Shown: positions 1 to 9,155, counted from the first letter of the stretch. The stretch: DNA of 64,000 bases from Candidatus Omnitrophota bacterium (GCA_029560465.1 JAKQKX010000062.1:3836-67835), one strand, 5' to 3'. Numbers and translations are program-made. Notes: generated by a model from the sequence alone, not told the origin.

Positions 1-1
1 C

Positions 2-175
2 GTCGGCCTGTTCGCCGGGTTGCTTTTTCTCCTTTTTTTGCTGAGTAACGCTTTCTTTTGGATTGCCGAAAGGGACACCACCTTGTCTCGTTTGATTTTG
101 CACTTTTTCCCGCTGGCGACCATTGCCATTGTTTTATCCCCGGGGCCTCAATCCGGCACGGGCAAAGCCGAGTAA
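2..175 (+). CDS. C-terminal fragment of an integral membrane protein (5' end outside window)
   Basis: Frame 2 is open from the window edge to TAA 173-175 and reads VGLFAGLLFLLFLLSNAFFWIAERDTTLSRLILHFFPLATIAIVLS..., two hydrophobic stretches. Confidence 0.6.
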   Translation, partial: VGLFAGLLFLLFLLSNAFFWIAERDTTLSRLILHFFPLATIAIVLSPGPQSGTGKAE

Positions 176-198
176 AGGAGTGGGGTGCGGTGGGTGTG

Positions 199-227
199 TT
201 GCCAAGGATAAGAATTTGTGGTATATT
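199..227 (+). promoter_or_regulatory. Putative sigma70 promoter
   Basis: TTGCCA (199-204), 17 nt spacer, TATATT (222-227) preceded by TG at the extended -10 position. Confidence 0.5.
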
Positions 228-230
228 TAT

Positions 231-348
231 AACAACTACGGTCGTATAAGGTTTTAACCTACCTGTTTCTACCTTTATACGCATCGTCCAGTTAAAAAAA
301 CCAGTTACTCATCACGAAGCCGGAGAACCCTGTTCTCCGGCTTTTTTT
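231..348 (+). ncRNA. Candidate ~115-nt small RNA or leader
   Basis: Lies between the promoter above and a strong terminator; contains stem CGTATAAGG/CCTTTATACG; no convincing ORF. Confidence 0.35.
317..348 (+). terminator. Intrinsic terminator
   Basis: AAGCCGGAGAAC-CCT-GTTCTCCGGCTT followed by a T run. Confidence 0.8.
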
Positions 349-514
349 GTAATCCAGTTAATCCCAGACAGTATTGTCCTTTGTTCAGAAAACAGTCCCG
401 GCATCATTGGGTGTCTCAGGGCGGGGGAGAGGACGGGAAGCGTCCGGATATTTTGGATAAATATGGGCAGGCCTGCGGAGTTGGTGTGAGGCTTGGCAGT
501 GAGGCTGATATCGC

Positions 515-543
515 TTGCAAATATCGTGGCTTAGTAGTAAAAT
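515..543 (+). promoter_or_regulatory. Putative sigma70 promoter
   Basis: TTGCAA (515-520), 17 nt spacer, TAAAAT (538-543). Confidence 0.5.
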
Positions 544-575
544 AAAAACAACTATTACAAGGGGGTAATAGCGAT

Positions 576-608
576 ATGATTGTCAAGCTAAGAAATATTT
601 CGAAATAA
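576..608 (+). CDS. Candidate 10-aa leader peptide MIVKLRNISK
   Basis: ATG 576 to TAA 608, preceded by AAGGGGG; the stop abuts a terminator. Confidence 0.25.
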   Translation: MIVKLRNISK

Positions 609-639
609 AAAGGCAACCCGGGATCGGGTTGCCTTTTTT
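607..639 (+). terminator. Intrinsic (possibly bidirectional) terminator or attenuator upstream of the cheD-like gene
   Basis: AAAAAGGCAACCCG-GGAT-CGGGTTGCCTTTTTT. Confidence 0.75.
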
Positions 640-674
640 CTTTTGGGGCAGTTTGTTCTTGGAACAAAGGAGGT

Positions 675-1127
675 ATGATGAAAAGAGTAATTGATGTTCA
701 TCGAGGGGAGATTATGGTCGGGCAGGGGGAAGTGGTTTTGGAGTCGGATACAAACGGGGCTTGCCTGGTGATCCTGGCTTATGACGCGAGCCACAAGATA
801 GGGGGCCTGGCGCACGCATTATATTTTTCCGGCCGTATTGATAGACAATGGCATTCTTCCACCCTGCGCAATGCGTCGGATGCGATCGAGGCGATGATAG
901 AAGATATGGTCATGATCGGAGCAGACATAGATAATATTGAGGTGGCTTTGGTGTCGGGCGAAAATGTCTTCCACGATGAAAAAGATCCTGAATATTTAAA
1001 AAACCTGAATTCAACGATCGAAATTTTGAAAGAAAAGAATATCAGGTTGCGGAAAGATTCATGCCAGGACATCGGTCCGCACCATGTTGCCCTTGATGTC
1101 GAATCAGGAGAGGTCGTCTACAAATAA
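675..1127 (+). CDS. cheD: CheD-family (chemoreceptor glutamine deamidase-like) protein, divergent
   Basis: GACLVILAYDASHKIGGLAH resembles the CheD GSCV..YD...KIGGLAH motif with Cys and His kept; C-terminal VALDVESGEV; SD GGAGG. Confidence 0.75.
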   Translation: MMKRVIDVHRGEIMVGQGEVVLESDTNGACLVILAYDASHKIGGLAHALYFSGRIDRQWHSSTLRNASDAIEAMIEDMVMIGADIDNIEVALVSGENVFHDEKDPEYLKNLNSTIEILKEKNIRLRKDSCQDIGPHHVALDVESGEVVYK

Positions 1128-1235
1128 TTCTCCATAGCTTTTTGGGCTTCGACGTCCGGACATCTTTTTGCCGTTTGCGTAAGAGAAAAGAAATTTTTTA
1201 TTCATATTTATCAATAAGAAAACAGGGAAAGCCAT

Positions 1236-3182
1236 ATGGAAGCTAAATTAAAACGCAATCTTACCTTGGTGGGGCATGCGCAAAGTGGAAAAACGACTTT
1301 AGCGGAAAGTATCCTTTTCTTTTGTAAAGCCACGACGAGAAAAGGAGATGTCATGCAGGGCAGCACGGTCAGTGATTATAACGAGGACGAACAGGACCGT
1401 AAAATTTCGATTAACGCGAGTTTCCTGAAGGCGGACCACAAAGGTCATCAGATCCAGATGATTGATACCCCGGGATATATGGATTTTGTTGGAGAAACCG
1501 TAGCGGCTTTGCGGGCTACGGATGCCGCCATATTAGTGGTGGACGCGGTTAACGGGGTTGAGGTTGGCACAGAGGATGTTTGGGACCGGCTTAATGAGAT
1601 GGGGCTCCCGAGGATTATATTTATTAATAAAATTGATAAAGGCGAAGCCAAGAGTGATACAGTGATCGCGGCGATTCAGGAGCAGTTGTCCAATAAGGCG
1701 GTGAAGGTTGACCTGGAATCATCAGATTTTATTGAGGCGATTGCGGAGAGCGACGATAAACTCCTGGAAAAGTATCTTGAGACAGGGGCGTTATCCCCTG
1801 AGGATATTAAAAGGGTTTTACGGCAGGCGGTCGTCCAAGCGAAGATTTTTCCAATCATTTGTGGCAGCGCTTTGAATGATACCGGCGTTGAGGCATTGCT
1901 GGACGCGGTTGTTGCGTATCTCCCGTCCCCGTTGGAACGGCCGGCTTTAAAAGCCAAGATGGCGGATTCTGAAGAAGAAAAAGAGCTTGTCCCCGAGGAA
2001 GAGGGCACTTTCTCCGGGTTTGTTTTCAAATCTTTGTTTGATCCGCATCTCGGGCAATTGTCGCTGATGCGGGTCGTCAGCGGAACATTGCTGGCAAACA
2101 CGGATTATTATAATAGTAACAGAAAAAGCAAGGAGCATATCAGCACGATCAGCCTTTTGCAGGGCAAGGAGCAGATTAAAATCCCTCAGGCGAATTGCGG
2201 TGATATTGTGGCTTTGCCGAAATTAAAAAACAGCCATGTCTCGGACAGCTTGAGTTCTTCGAATGCCCACGTTGTCTTCCACCCGATCACGTTTCCAGCC
2301 CCCTCATTGTCGGCGTCCATTAAGCCGAAGACGAGGGCGGACGAGGAAAAGATTTCCACGTGTTTAACCCGCATGTGCGAGGAAGATCATACGCTTCAGG
2401 TTGAGCGCGATACTGAGACAAAAGAAATGCTTATTTCCGGGATGGGCGACCTTCACCTGAAGATTATTTTGGACCGGATGAAGAGCCGGTATAATCTCGA
2501 GGTGGATTTGGGAACGCCGAAAATCCGTTATCGGGAAACCATCACTAAAACCGCCAGATACCGGTACAAATATAAAAAGCAATCCGGTGGCCGGGGGCAG
2601 TATGGAGACGTAGACCTGGAAGTGGCGCCTCTTCCCCGTGACGGGGAGGAGTATGAATTCGTCAATAAAATATTTGGCGGAGCCATACCGAAAAATTATA
2701 TCCCATCGGTTGAGAAAGGCGTCAAGCAGACCATAGAAGAAGGGGCCCTGTCTAAATCCCCGATTATCAATATCCAGGTCAGCCTGATGGACGGGTCTTT
2801 TCACGCGGTCGATTCTTCTGATATGGCTTTTCAGATTGCCGGAGCCATGGCCTTGAAGGAAGCCGTCAAACAGGCCGGGCCCATTCTGCTTGAACCTATC
2901 ATGGAAGTCACGATTGTTATTCCAAGCGATTTTATCGGCCAGATTTCTGGTGATATCAGTTCCCGGCGGGGGCGGATCCTCGGCGAAGAGCCTAAGGGGA
3001 AGCATGAGGCGATCATCGCCCATATTCCGCAATCGGAAATGTTTAAATATGCGACGGACTTGCGCTCCATGACTGGCGGCCGGGGCACGTACGCGATGAC
3101 TTTTTCGCATTATGAGCAGGCGCCGGCTAAAATTACAGACCGGGTTGTGGAGGAACGGAATAAGCAGGACGAGAAAGAATAA
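1236..3182 (+). CDS. fusA: Elongation factor G paralog (EF-G2-like)
   Basis: GHAQSGKTT, DTPG, NKID, GMGDLHL, KKQSGGRGQYG, GSFHAVDSS, LLEPIM, LRSMTGGRG; G2 motif is RKISI rather than RGITI. Confidence 0.93.
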   Translation: MEAKLKRNLTLVGHAQSGKTTLAESILFFCKATTRKGDVMQGSTVSDYNEDEQDRKISINASFLKADHKGHQIQMIDTPGYMDFVGETVAALRATDAAILVVDAVNGVEVGTEDVWDRLNEMGLPRIIFINKIDKGEAKSDTVIAAIQEQLSNKAVKVDLESSDFIEAIAESDDKLLEKYLETGALSPEDIKRVLRQAVVQAKIFPIICGSALNDTGVEALLDAVVAYLPSPLERPALKAKMADSEEEKELVPEEEGTFSGFVFKSLFDPHLGQLSLMRVVSGTLLANTDYYNSNRKSKEHISTISLLQGKEQIKIPQANCGDIVALPKLKNSHVSDSLSSSNAHVVFHPITFPAPSLSASIKPKTRADEEKISTCLTRMCEEDHTLQVERDTETKEMLISGMGDLHLKIILDRMKSRYNLEVDLGTPKIRYRETITKTARYRYKYKKQSGGRGQYGDVDLEVAPLPRDGEEYEFVNKIFGGAIPKNYIPSVEKGVKQTIEEGALSKSPIINIQVSLMDGSFHAVDSSDMAFQIAGAMALKEAVKQAGPILLEPIMEVTIVIPSDFIGQISGDISSRRGRILGEEPKGKHEAIIAHIPQSEMFKYATDLRSMTGGRGTYAMTFSHYEQAPAKITDRVVEERNKQDEKE

Positions 3183-3202
3183 GATGTGGTTGCTTTTTTC
3201 AG

Positions 3203-3236
3203 GAAGCAAAGAGCCCCCCGCTCTTTGCTTCTTTTT
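3203..3236 (+). terminator. Intrinsic terminator after the EF-G gene
   Basis: GAAGCAAAGAGC-CCCCC-GCTCTTTGCTTC-TTTTT. Confidence 0.8.
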
Positions 3237-3310
3237 ATTGGGAATTTTTTCGTGAATACCCTTGCGTCAGGGATTCTTGGTGTTTAATATGAAGTTTATA
3301 CGATCGTTTT

Positions 3311-3691
3311 ATGCGGATAGATGAAGGGGGGAGGGAGATGGAAGAAAATATGAAGAGCCGGATCAAAACGGCGGAGATTATTTCCTTGTCTTTTTTAGCT
3401 TTTTTCATTCTACTGTGTCTTCTGGAATTGTTTGTGTACCAAGTCATGCATATCGCTTTTATTTTATGTACAGGGGTGTTGTTCTTCAGCAGTGCGGCTG
3501 TATTTGGAATCGATGAAAGAAATTTAAAATGGCAGGTCAGTGTCTGGTCCGGGACCATGAAGATTTTTATGCTGTTATTTTTTGTGTTTGTGACGATCAT
3601 TTCGGCGGACCTTTTGAATGTCGCGCAGGAAACCCAATCGGGGCGTCTGAACATAAAAGCGATTCACGCCTCTTGGAGGGCGCGCCGTTGA
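3311..3691 (+). CDS. Small hypothetical membrane protein (about 3 TM; true start may be 3338)
   Basis: Three hydrophobic segments; SD-like GGAGG upstream of the ATG at 3338. Confidence 0.6.
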   Translation: MRIDEGGREMEENMKSRIKTAEIISLSFLAFFILLCLLELFVYQVMHIAFILCTGVLFFSSAAVFGIDERNLKWQVSVWSGTMKIFMLLFFVFVTIISADLLNVAQETQSGRLNIKAIHASWRARR

Positions 3692-3701
3692 AGGCGCGGG
3701 G

Positions 3702-4652
3702 TTAGAGTTCCCGTTCCAGGAATTTGATCATGCGGTAAACGACGGCATTGACGGGAACGGGGATGTTATGCCGGCGGGCGAGCTGGATCACAATCCCGTT
3801 CAGCGCGTCGATTTCGGTCTTTTTCCCAGACTTGAGGTCCTGCCATGTGGATGAGTGGTGGCTGGCGGTGAGAGGGAGGAGCGTCGCGTAAAAGATGTCC
3901 CGGTAGTCCTCGCTTGTCCGCCAGTGGGTTTCATGTCCGGTGGCGACCATGACCTGGAACACTTCAGTGATAATGGCGTCGCATAATTCTCGGGACAGGG
4001 AGGATTGTCCCAATTCTCCGTAAGTCACATTTAGGATCGCCCCCAGGGGATTCAAGGCGCAATTATAGAGCATTTTTGCCCAGAGGTCTTTGGCTATGGC
4101 ATCGGTCGTTTGGGCCGGGATGCCTCCTTCGGAGATTTTTCGGCACAAGGGCTCGATGGATAGCGTGTCCCCTCCCGCCAGGCACCCGATATGAATAGCG
4201 TCGGCATGTACGGTGATATCCACGACGTTGGGTTGCTGCCGTACAAAACCGGTGATAACGCGTGCGTTGAAAATCCGGGCGGCGTTGAAATAGGCGGTGA
4301 AGTGTTCGGTGTTCCCCCAGCCGTTTTGAAACAGGACAATGGCCGTCCCGGGGTGAAAAAGTTCCGGATGATTATGCAAGTCCCGGGCCGCCTCGGCGGA
4401 ATCAAAGGACTTGGTCGATACTAGGATGACGTCGTAAGCTCCCGGAGGGAGGCCGTCCAGGGATGGGTACGCCCGGAACCGTTCGGGAGACCACTGGACG
4501 GAGCCCAAAATACCTTTTCTTTTTAGCCCGGCCGCTGTTAATGCTTTGACTGTTTCTGGCCGGGCCAGGATGTCGAGGTGACAGCCCGTCTTTATCAGGC
4601 AGGAATCTATCCCAAGCCCGACGGCCCCTGCGCCGTAATTCAGAATGCGCAT
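3702..4652 (-). CDS. panE: 2-dehydropantoate 2-reductase (ketopantoate reductase)
   Basis: GAGAVG, STKS, FQNG, LWAKMLYNCALNPL, SSTWQD...KKTEIDALNG; SD AGGAG before ATG 4652. Confidence 0.9.
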   Translation of the reverse strand: MRILNYGAGAVGLGIDSCLIKTGCHLDILARPETVKALTAAGLKRKGILGSVQWSPERFRAYPSLDGLPPGAYDVILVSTKSFDSAEAARDLHNHPELFHPGTAIVLFQNGWGNTEHFTAYFNAARIFNARVITGFVRQQPNVVDITVHADAIHIGCLAGGDTLSIEPLCRKISEGGIPAQTTDAIAKDLWAKMLYNCALNPLGAILNVTYGELGQSSLSRELCDAIITEVFQVMVATGHETHWRTSEDYRDIFYATLLPLTASHHSSTWQDLKSGKKTEIDALNGIVIQLARRHNIPVPVNAVVYRMIKFLEREL

Positions 4653-4973
4653 AGTCACTCCTTTGGGGTGGCTGTGTTTTTTTGTGTTTTGGAATAACAG
4701 AAATTTTATTATAACCGATGATCAGGGCTGTGGCAATGAATGGGGTGATTGCGTTGTGGCGTGAGGTGGAAGGCCGCTTCGGCCTAAACGTCATGATAAC
4801 CTTGCTGCGATAAAGGGCTTCGCCTTGGGCCCAGGGGGAACAAGAGCGCGGTGCGTTTGAAAAGGAATTACACTTTGAAGCTTGACCGCCTCTTGCTCCT
4901 ATGGAACAATAGGCCCTATAGAAGCGGAGCCGGACAATATCAATAAAAACAGCGTGTTTATTATTTCAGGGCC

Positions 4974-6341
4974 TTGAATTCAATGGAAATGGTTTGTTTT
5001 GTTTCATTATTATTTTTGTTCCTGTTGCGCGCGGTCGGGTACGGCATTAATAGGAATAAACTGTTCCGCAGGATCTTTTTGCCGTCGTCCATTACCAGCG
5101 GGTTGCTGGGGCTTGTCATTATCCAGGCGTTCGGCCGGTTTATCCCGCCGGTGTGCACTCGGGGTTGGGACATTTATCCGATGGTGCTGATCAATGTCGT
5201 TTTTGCGGCTTTGTTTATGAGTTTTACGCTGCCGTCATTGTCTCCCGGCAATATTTGGAAGTATTGCGGCCCGCAGTTGCTTTATGGACAGGTCGTGGCC
5301 TGGGGCCAATATGTTGTGGGGCTGGGGCTTTCATGGTTTGTGCTGGCCCCGGTGTTTTCGACTCCGCCTTATCTTGGCATCATCATCCCGTTGGGTTTTG
5401 AAGGGGGACACGGGACGACTGCGGCGTTGCACTCTACATTTAATGCCCTTCATTGGGAGCAGGGCGCGGATTACAGTTTCGCGGCAGCCACGGTTGGGAT
5501 TATATCAGCGCTGCTCATCGGCATGGCCCTTATCAATTGGGCGGTTGCCCATGGCCACACGAAAATATTGAAGCATAGGGAGGACGTGCTTTTCGCAAAG
5601 GATCAGTTGACGGGGGGAGACGAGGAAGGTGCGGCGGCCCAGCCGTTTTCTTTCCAGTCCGTGCGTTCTTTCGTCATGCAGCTGTTTTTAGTCGGGTTGG
5701 CGATCCTGGCGGGCTTTTTCCTGAAGAAGGGGTTCCTGTGGCTCGTGTCAGGGATCCCTTTCCCGGAGAAGAAAAGTTTCTTCCCTATCCTTCCTTTGGC
5801 GCCGTTCAGCATTCTAGGATCTATTTTATTTTCTTATGTGTTAAAATTTTATATGCCAAGTTTCCAGGTTCAGCCGCGGACCATGCAGCGTATCTCCGGG
5901 ATGGCTTTGGATTATCTCATCATTTCCGCCGTGACCATGTTGAACCTTAAGTCCCTTGTGACGGACTTTGTGCCTTTTTTCATTCTCGTGGCGGCGGTGG
6001 CGGTTTGGAATATTTTCTGCGTCGTGTGGCTGGCCCGGCGGCTTTTACCTGACGCGTGGTTTGAACGGGCCACGGTCCAGATGGGGCAGTCCATGGGTGT
6101 CACCGCGACAGGACTGCTTCTTTTAAGGGTGGTCGATCCCCGCATGGAAACCAAAGCCCTGTCCGCTTTTGGATATAAACAATTGATTCATGAACCATTG
6201 ATGGGAGGCGGCCTTTGGCCGTTTATTGCTGTGCCATTGGCGGTGGTGTACGGCCCCGCGGTCGTGTTTTTTATCAGCGTCGGTGTTATGTTGGTCTGGC
6301 TCCTGGTGTGGAGGGTCGCTTTTAGGGGCCGGGTGGTTTGA
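4974..6341 (+). CDS. gltS: Sodium/glutamate symporter family protein
   Basis: Polytopic; LPSSITSGLLGL, GFEGGHGTTAA, GQSMGVTATGLLLLRVVDP. Confidence 0.85.
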   Translation: MNSMEMVCFVSLLFLFLLRAVGYGINRNKLFRRIFLPSSITSGLLGLVIIQAFGRFIPPVCTRGWDIYPMVLINVVFAALFMSFTLPSLSPGNIWKYCGPQLLYGQVVAWGQYVVGLGLSWFVLAPVFSTPPYLGIIIPLGFEGGHGTTAALHSTFNALHWEQGADYSFAAATVGIISALLIGMALINWAVAHGHTKILKHREDVLFAKDQLTGGDEEGAAAQPFSFQSVRSFVMQLFLVGLAILAGFFLKKGFLWLVSGIPFPEKKSFFPILPLAPFSILGSILFSYVLKFYMPSFQVQPRTMQRISGMALDYLIISAVTMLNLKSLVTDFVPFFILVAAVAVWNIFCVVWLARRLLPDAWFERATVQMGQSMGVTATGLLLLRVVDPRMETKALSAFGYKQLIHEPLMGGGLWPFIAVPLAVVYGPAVVFFISVGVMLVWLLVWRVAFRGRVV

Positions 6342-6455
6342 TTGCTGGGATAAGGAAAATGGAAAAAAGTGTTCCATTCAATGGGAAATTATAAGACAAT
6401 ATTAAGCAAATTATAAAAATTTTTGGACACGGCTTACTGGGGGAAGGAGACGTTG

Positions 6456-6821
6456 ATGTCTAAAAAGATTTTAGTTGTCGAAGATGAAGAAGATATGCTT
6501 TCGGTCATGGACTTGCGTCTGACGTCGACGGGGTACGAAGTTATTCTGGCGGAAAACTGCCAGGAGGCCTTGGAGCGCTTCCGGGAGGCGGTCCCGGATC
6601 TGGTCATGTTGGATATCATGCTTCCGGACGGCAATGGGTTTGATTTATGCAAGAAGATGAAACAGGAAAGTTCTCAACGGGCCAAGATTATCATGTTTAC
6701 GAATAAAGTCGAAGCCATTGACGTGACCCGGGCCCGCCAGTCCGGAGCTGATGATTTCATCGTTAAGACTTCGGATTTGGTTTATATCCTGGACGCCATA
6801 AAAAAAGTTTTGAAAGATTGA
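6456..6821 (+). CDS. Single-domain response regulator (receiver)
   Basis: KILVVEDE, PDLVMLDIMLPDGNG, IIMFT, GADDFIVK; SD AAGGAG. Confidence 0.9.
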   Translation: MSKKILVVEDEEDMLSVMDLRLTSTGYEVILAENCQEALERFREAVPDLVMLDIMLPDGNGFDLCKKMKQESSQRAKIIMFTNKVEAIDVTRARQSGADDFIVKTSDLVYILDAIKKVLKD

Positions 6822-6925
6822 TTCTTTGATTCCCCGGCAAGTGTATGTCCGCGCGTGGTTAAAACGATGAACCGCACTGCAGGAAAGCGTTGCCATCCAA
6901 ACCCTGACGGATCATTCCCGCGAAT

Positions 6926-7816
6926 TTATTTGGCGTTAAATTGACAGTTAGCTTTTGATGCCGGATCAGCCGGTTGTTCGCAGTGCATCAGAGGTCTTGA
7001 ATACCCTTCATAATAGACGTCGGCGAGGATGACGGGGGCTTTGGTTTGCCATTCGGCTGCCAGTTTAACGAGCTGGTCCTCCGCCAGGGGCTGCACGGCT
7101 TTGATAGAGATGTTTGAAGGAACGGTAAATTTGTAAGAAACAAATTTATCTCTTTTATATTGAAGGCGCTCCGCGATCATTTTCGTCCCGGCGTCTTTTT
7201 CGTTGCCTAATGTGAAGTTGTATTCCCATTTTCCATATTTTTCCCAGTTCCAGCGCAAGGTCGCGATAGGGTTGTGTACTTCCGGGTCCTGTTTTTCAGA
7301 ATAGAAGAAGAAGCGGGCTTCTTCCAAGAAAGCGTTTGCGGCTTTTTGTTCATCATAGGCCTGCTGGGCAGCTATCTTGATGATTTTACTGGTGGATCCT
7401 TCGGGGACCTGGAGGGTAATATCTTTGCGTTTGAAGCTTTTGGGTTCAACGGATTGTACTTTTAAGATTTTATACGGGACGCGTTTCACCGGCCGGGTTG
7501 CGGAAGTTTTTATCCAGACAAAAAAAGAAACCGAAAGGATAAACAGTCCAACGATAACCCAATGCACCAATAGCCGGGTTGGGCAGGATTCCCGCTGGCG
7601 GCAGGATGATGGTTCTTCCTCGCCCCTCGCTCCGCCGGCGGGCTGCTTAAGCCCCCGAGATGCGGAGGGTTGCGGCCCCCCGGGCTTGGTCAGGGAAATG
7701 ACAACCAGCCCTCGTGATTCCAGCTCGTCCAGAGCTTTATTCTGGTTCACGGCCTCTATTTCGCCGTCTTCATATTCTCCAGAGATTTTTTTGGCATGAA
7801 ACTGGAAGCGTTCCAT
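6926..7816 (-). CDS. Hypothetical bitopic protein with a GspF/PilC-like N-terminal segment
   Basis: MERFQFHAKKISGEYEDGEIEAVNQNKALDELESRGLVVISL, a linker, one TM helix and an unrecognised C-terminal domain. Confidence 0.7.
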   Translation of the reverse strand: MERFQFHAKKISGEYEDGEIEAVNQNKALDELESRGLVVISLTKPGGPQPSASRGLKQPAGGARGEEEPSSCRQRESCPTRLLVHWVIVGLFILSVSFFVWIKTSATRPVKRVPYKILKVQSVEPKSFKRKDITLQVPEGSTSKIIKIAAQQAYDEQKAANAFLEEARFFFYSEKQDPEVHNPIATLRWNWEKYGKWEYNFTLGNEKDAGTKMIAERLQYKRDKFVSYKFTVPSNISIKAVQPLAEDQLVKLAAEWQTKAPVILADVYYEGYSRPLMHCEQPADPASKANCQFNAK

Positions 7817-8038
7817 AATAGACTCGATACGTTATATCCCGGCCGGTGCCTGGGAGCATGATGGCGGGGCTTTAAAGTTGTAGAATGATTTAAATATTTT
7901 TTAGCACTTTTTTCGCCTGTATGCAAACGTGTTTTAAGTTAAAATAGGGTGTTTCCCGGCACGCTGTTTCTCCCGGCGTTGAAACATTCTTGAAGTAGAA
8001 ACATGGTTGTTTAGAAAGAGCGCAGAAAGGAGCGCTGC

Positions 8039-8986
8039 TTGCTGATGGGTAAGTCTTTCCCGCCGTTATTCGTAGACCGGCTTCGCTTGATTTTGCCTTC
8101 GGGGGAACACGCGGACGTGTTATCGCATTTTTCCTCGCCTTCCGCTTTGAGCGCGCGCATTAACACCCTGAAGATAGGCCGGGACGCGTGTTGGGCTGCC
8201 CTGAAAGAGCGCGGTATCCGTTTTCAGGAGGTCCTCTGGTGGCCATTGGCGTTGATCCTTGATCCGGCGTCCTTTGAACTTGTAAGGGCGTCAGGATATT
8301 TTGAACGCGGCTGGCTGTACAGGCAAAATTTGTCCAGCATGCTTCCCGCGCTCGCGTTAAATCCTCAATCAGGAGAGCGGATCCTGGATATGTGCGCCGC
8401 GCCGGGCAGCAAGACGACCCAGATAGCGGCTCTCATGGAGGGGCGCGGCACCATTGTTGCCGTGGAAGCGGTGCGTTCCCGGTTTTATAAATTGAAGACA
8501 GTGGCCGACGGACTTGGAGCTGGGAATATCACGTACTGCTGTTTGGATGCCAGGCGGTTTCGCAGCAAGGACGCCCTTTTTGATAAAATTTTGGTAGACG
8601 TCCCGTGCAGCTGTGAGGCCCGTTTTAGATTTTCGGATCCTAAAACGTACGCGTTCTGGAGCCCGCGTAAAATTAAAGAGATGGTTCGAAAGCAGCGCGG
8701 GATTATATTGGCGGCTAGCCGCCTTTTAACCCCGGGTGGGGTCCTTGTGTACGCCACCTGCACGTTTGCTCCGGAAGAAAACGAGGGCGTCGTGGACTGG
8801 TTTTTGCGAAAGGCTGAGGGCGGGTGGGACGTGGCCCCCTTGGAATTTCCGGGTGTTGAAACGACTCCGGCCTTGATGCGCTGGGAGGGCCGGGACTTTG
8901 ACCCCCGGGTCGCGCGTTGTTGCCGGATCCTTCCGACGCCAACGATGGAGGGGTTTTTTATGGCGAAAATAACCCGGCTCGGATAG
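8039..8986 (+). CDS. RsmB/RsmF/NOP family RNA m5C methyltransferase
   Basis: LDMCAAPGSKTTQ, FDKILVDVPCS, YATCTFAPEENE, GFFMA. Confidence 0.92.
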   Translation: MLMGKSFPPLFVDRLRLILPSGEHADVLSHFSSPSALSARINTLKIGRDACWAALKERGIRFQEVLWWPLALILDPASFELVRASGYFERGWLYRQNLSSMLPALALNPQSGERILDMCAAPGSKTTQIAALMEGRGTIVAVEAVRSRFYKLKTVADGLGAGNITYCCLDARRFRSKDALFDKILVDVPCSCEARFRFSDPKTYAFWSPRKIKEMVRKQRGIILAASRLLTPGGVLVYATCTFAPEENEGVVDWFLRKAEGGWDVAPLEFPGVETTPALMRWEGRDFDPRVARCCRILPTPTMEGFFMAKITRLG

Positions 8987-9155
8987 CCCGTTTGAGAGAG
9001 GAACAATGAAGAGAAACGCTGTTTGTATTTGCTGATAAAGGATTGCCGGGGTTACAATAGGGGCGTTGTCTTGAGGCGGCGGGCCTGTGGTTGTTTTTCA
9101 GCGTGGTGCTGGATTTAGAATTTTTCTTATACCGCCGGACAGGAGAAGCGGAATA

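Noticed and set aside
58-249. 63-aa ORF from the track
   Set aside because: The overlapping frame 2..175 gives a more protein-like membrane C-terminus
241-282. Canonical purine riboswitch
   Set aside because: P3 stem and kissing loops are absent; kept only as a candidate RNA
2364-3209. 281-aa ORF antisense to EF-G, and similar long antisense ORFs at 24358-25125, 29435-30199, 31388-32062 and 61256-62098
   Set aside because: They fully overlap well-supported genes on the other strand and have no recognisable motifs; typical shadow ORFs
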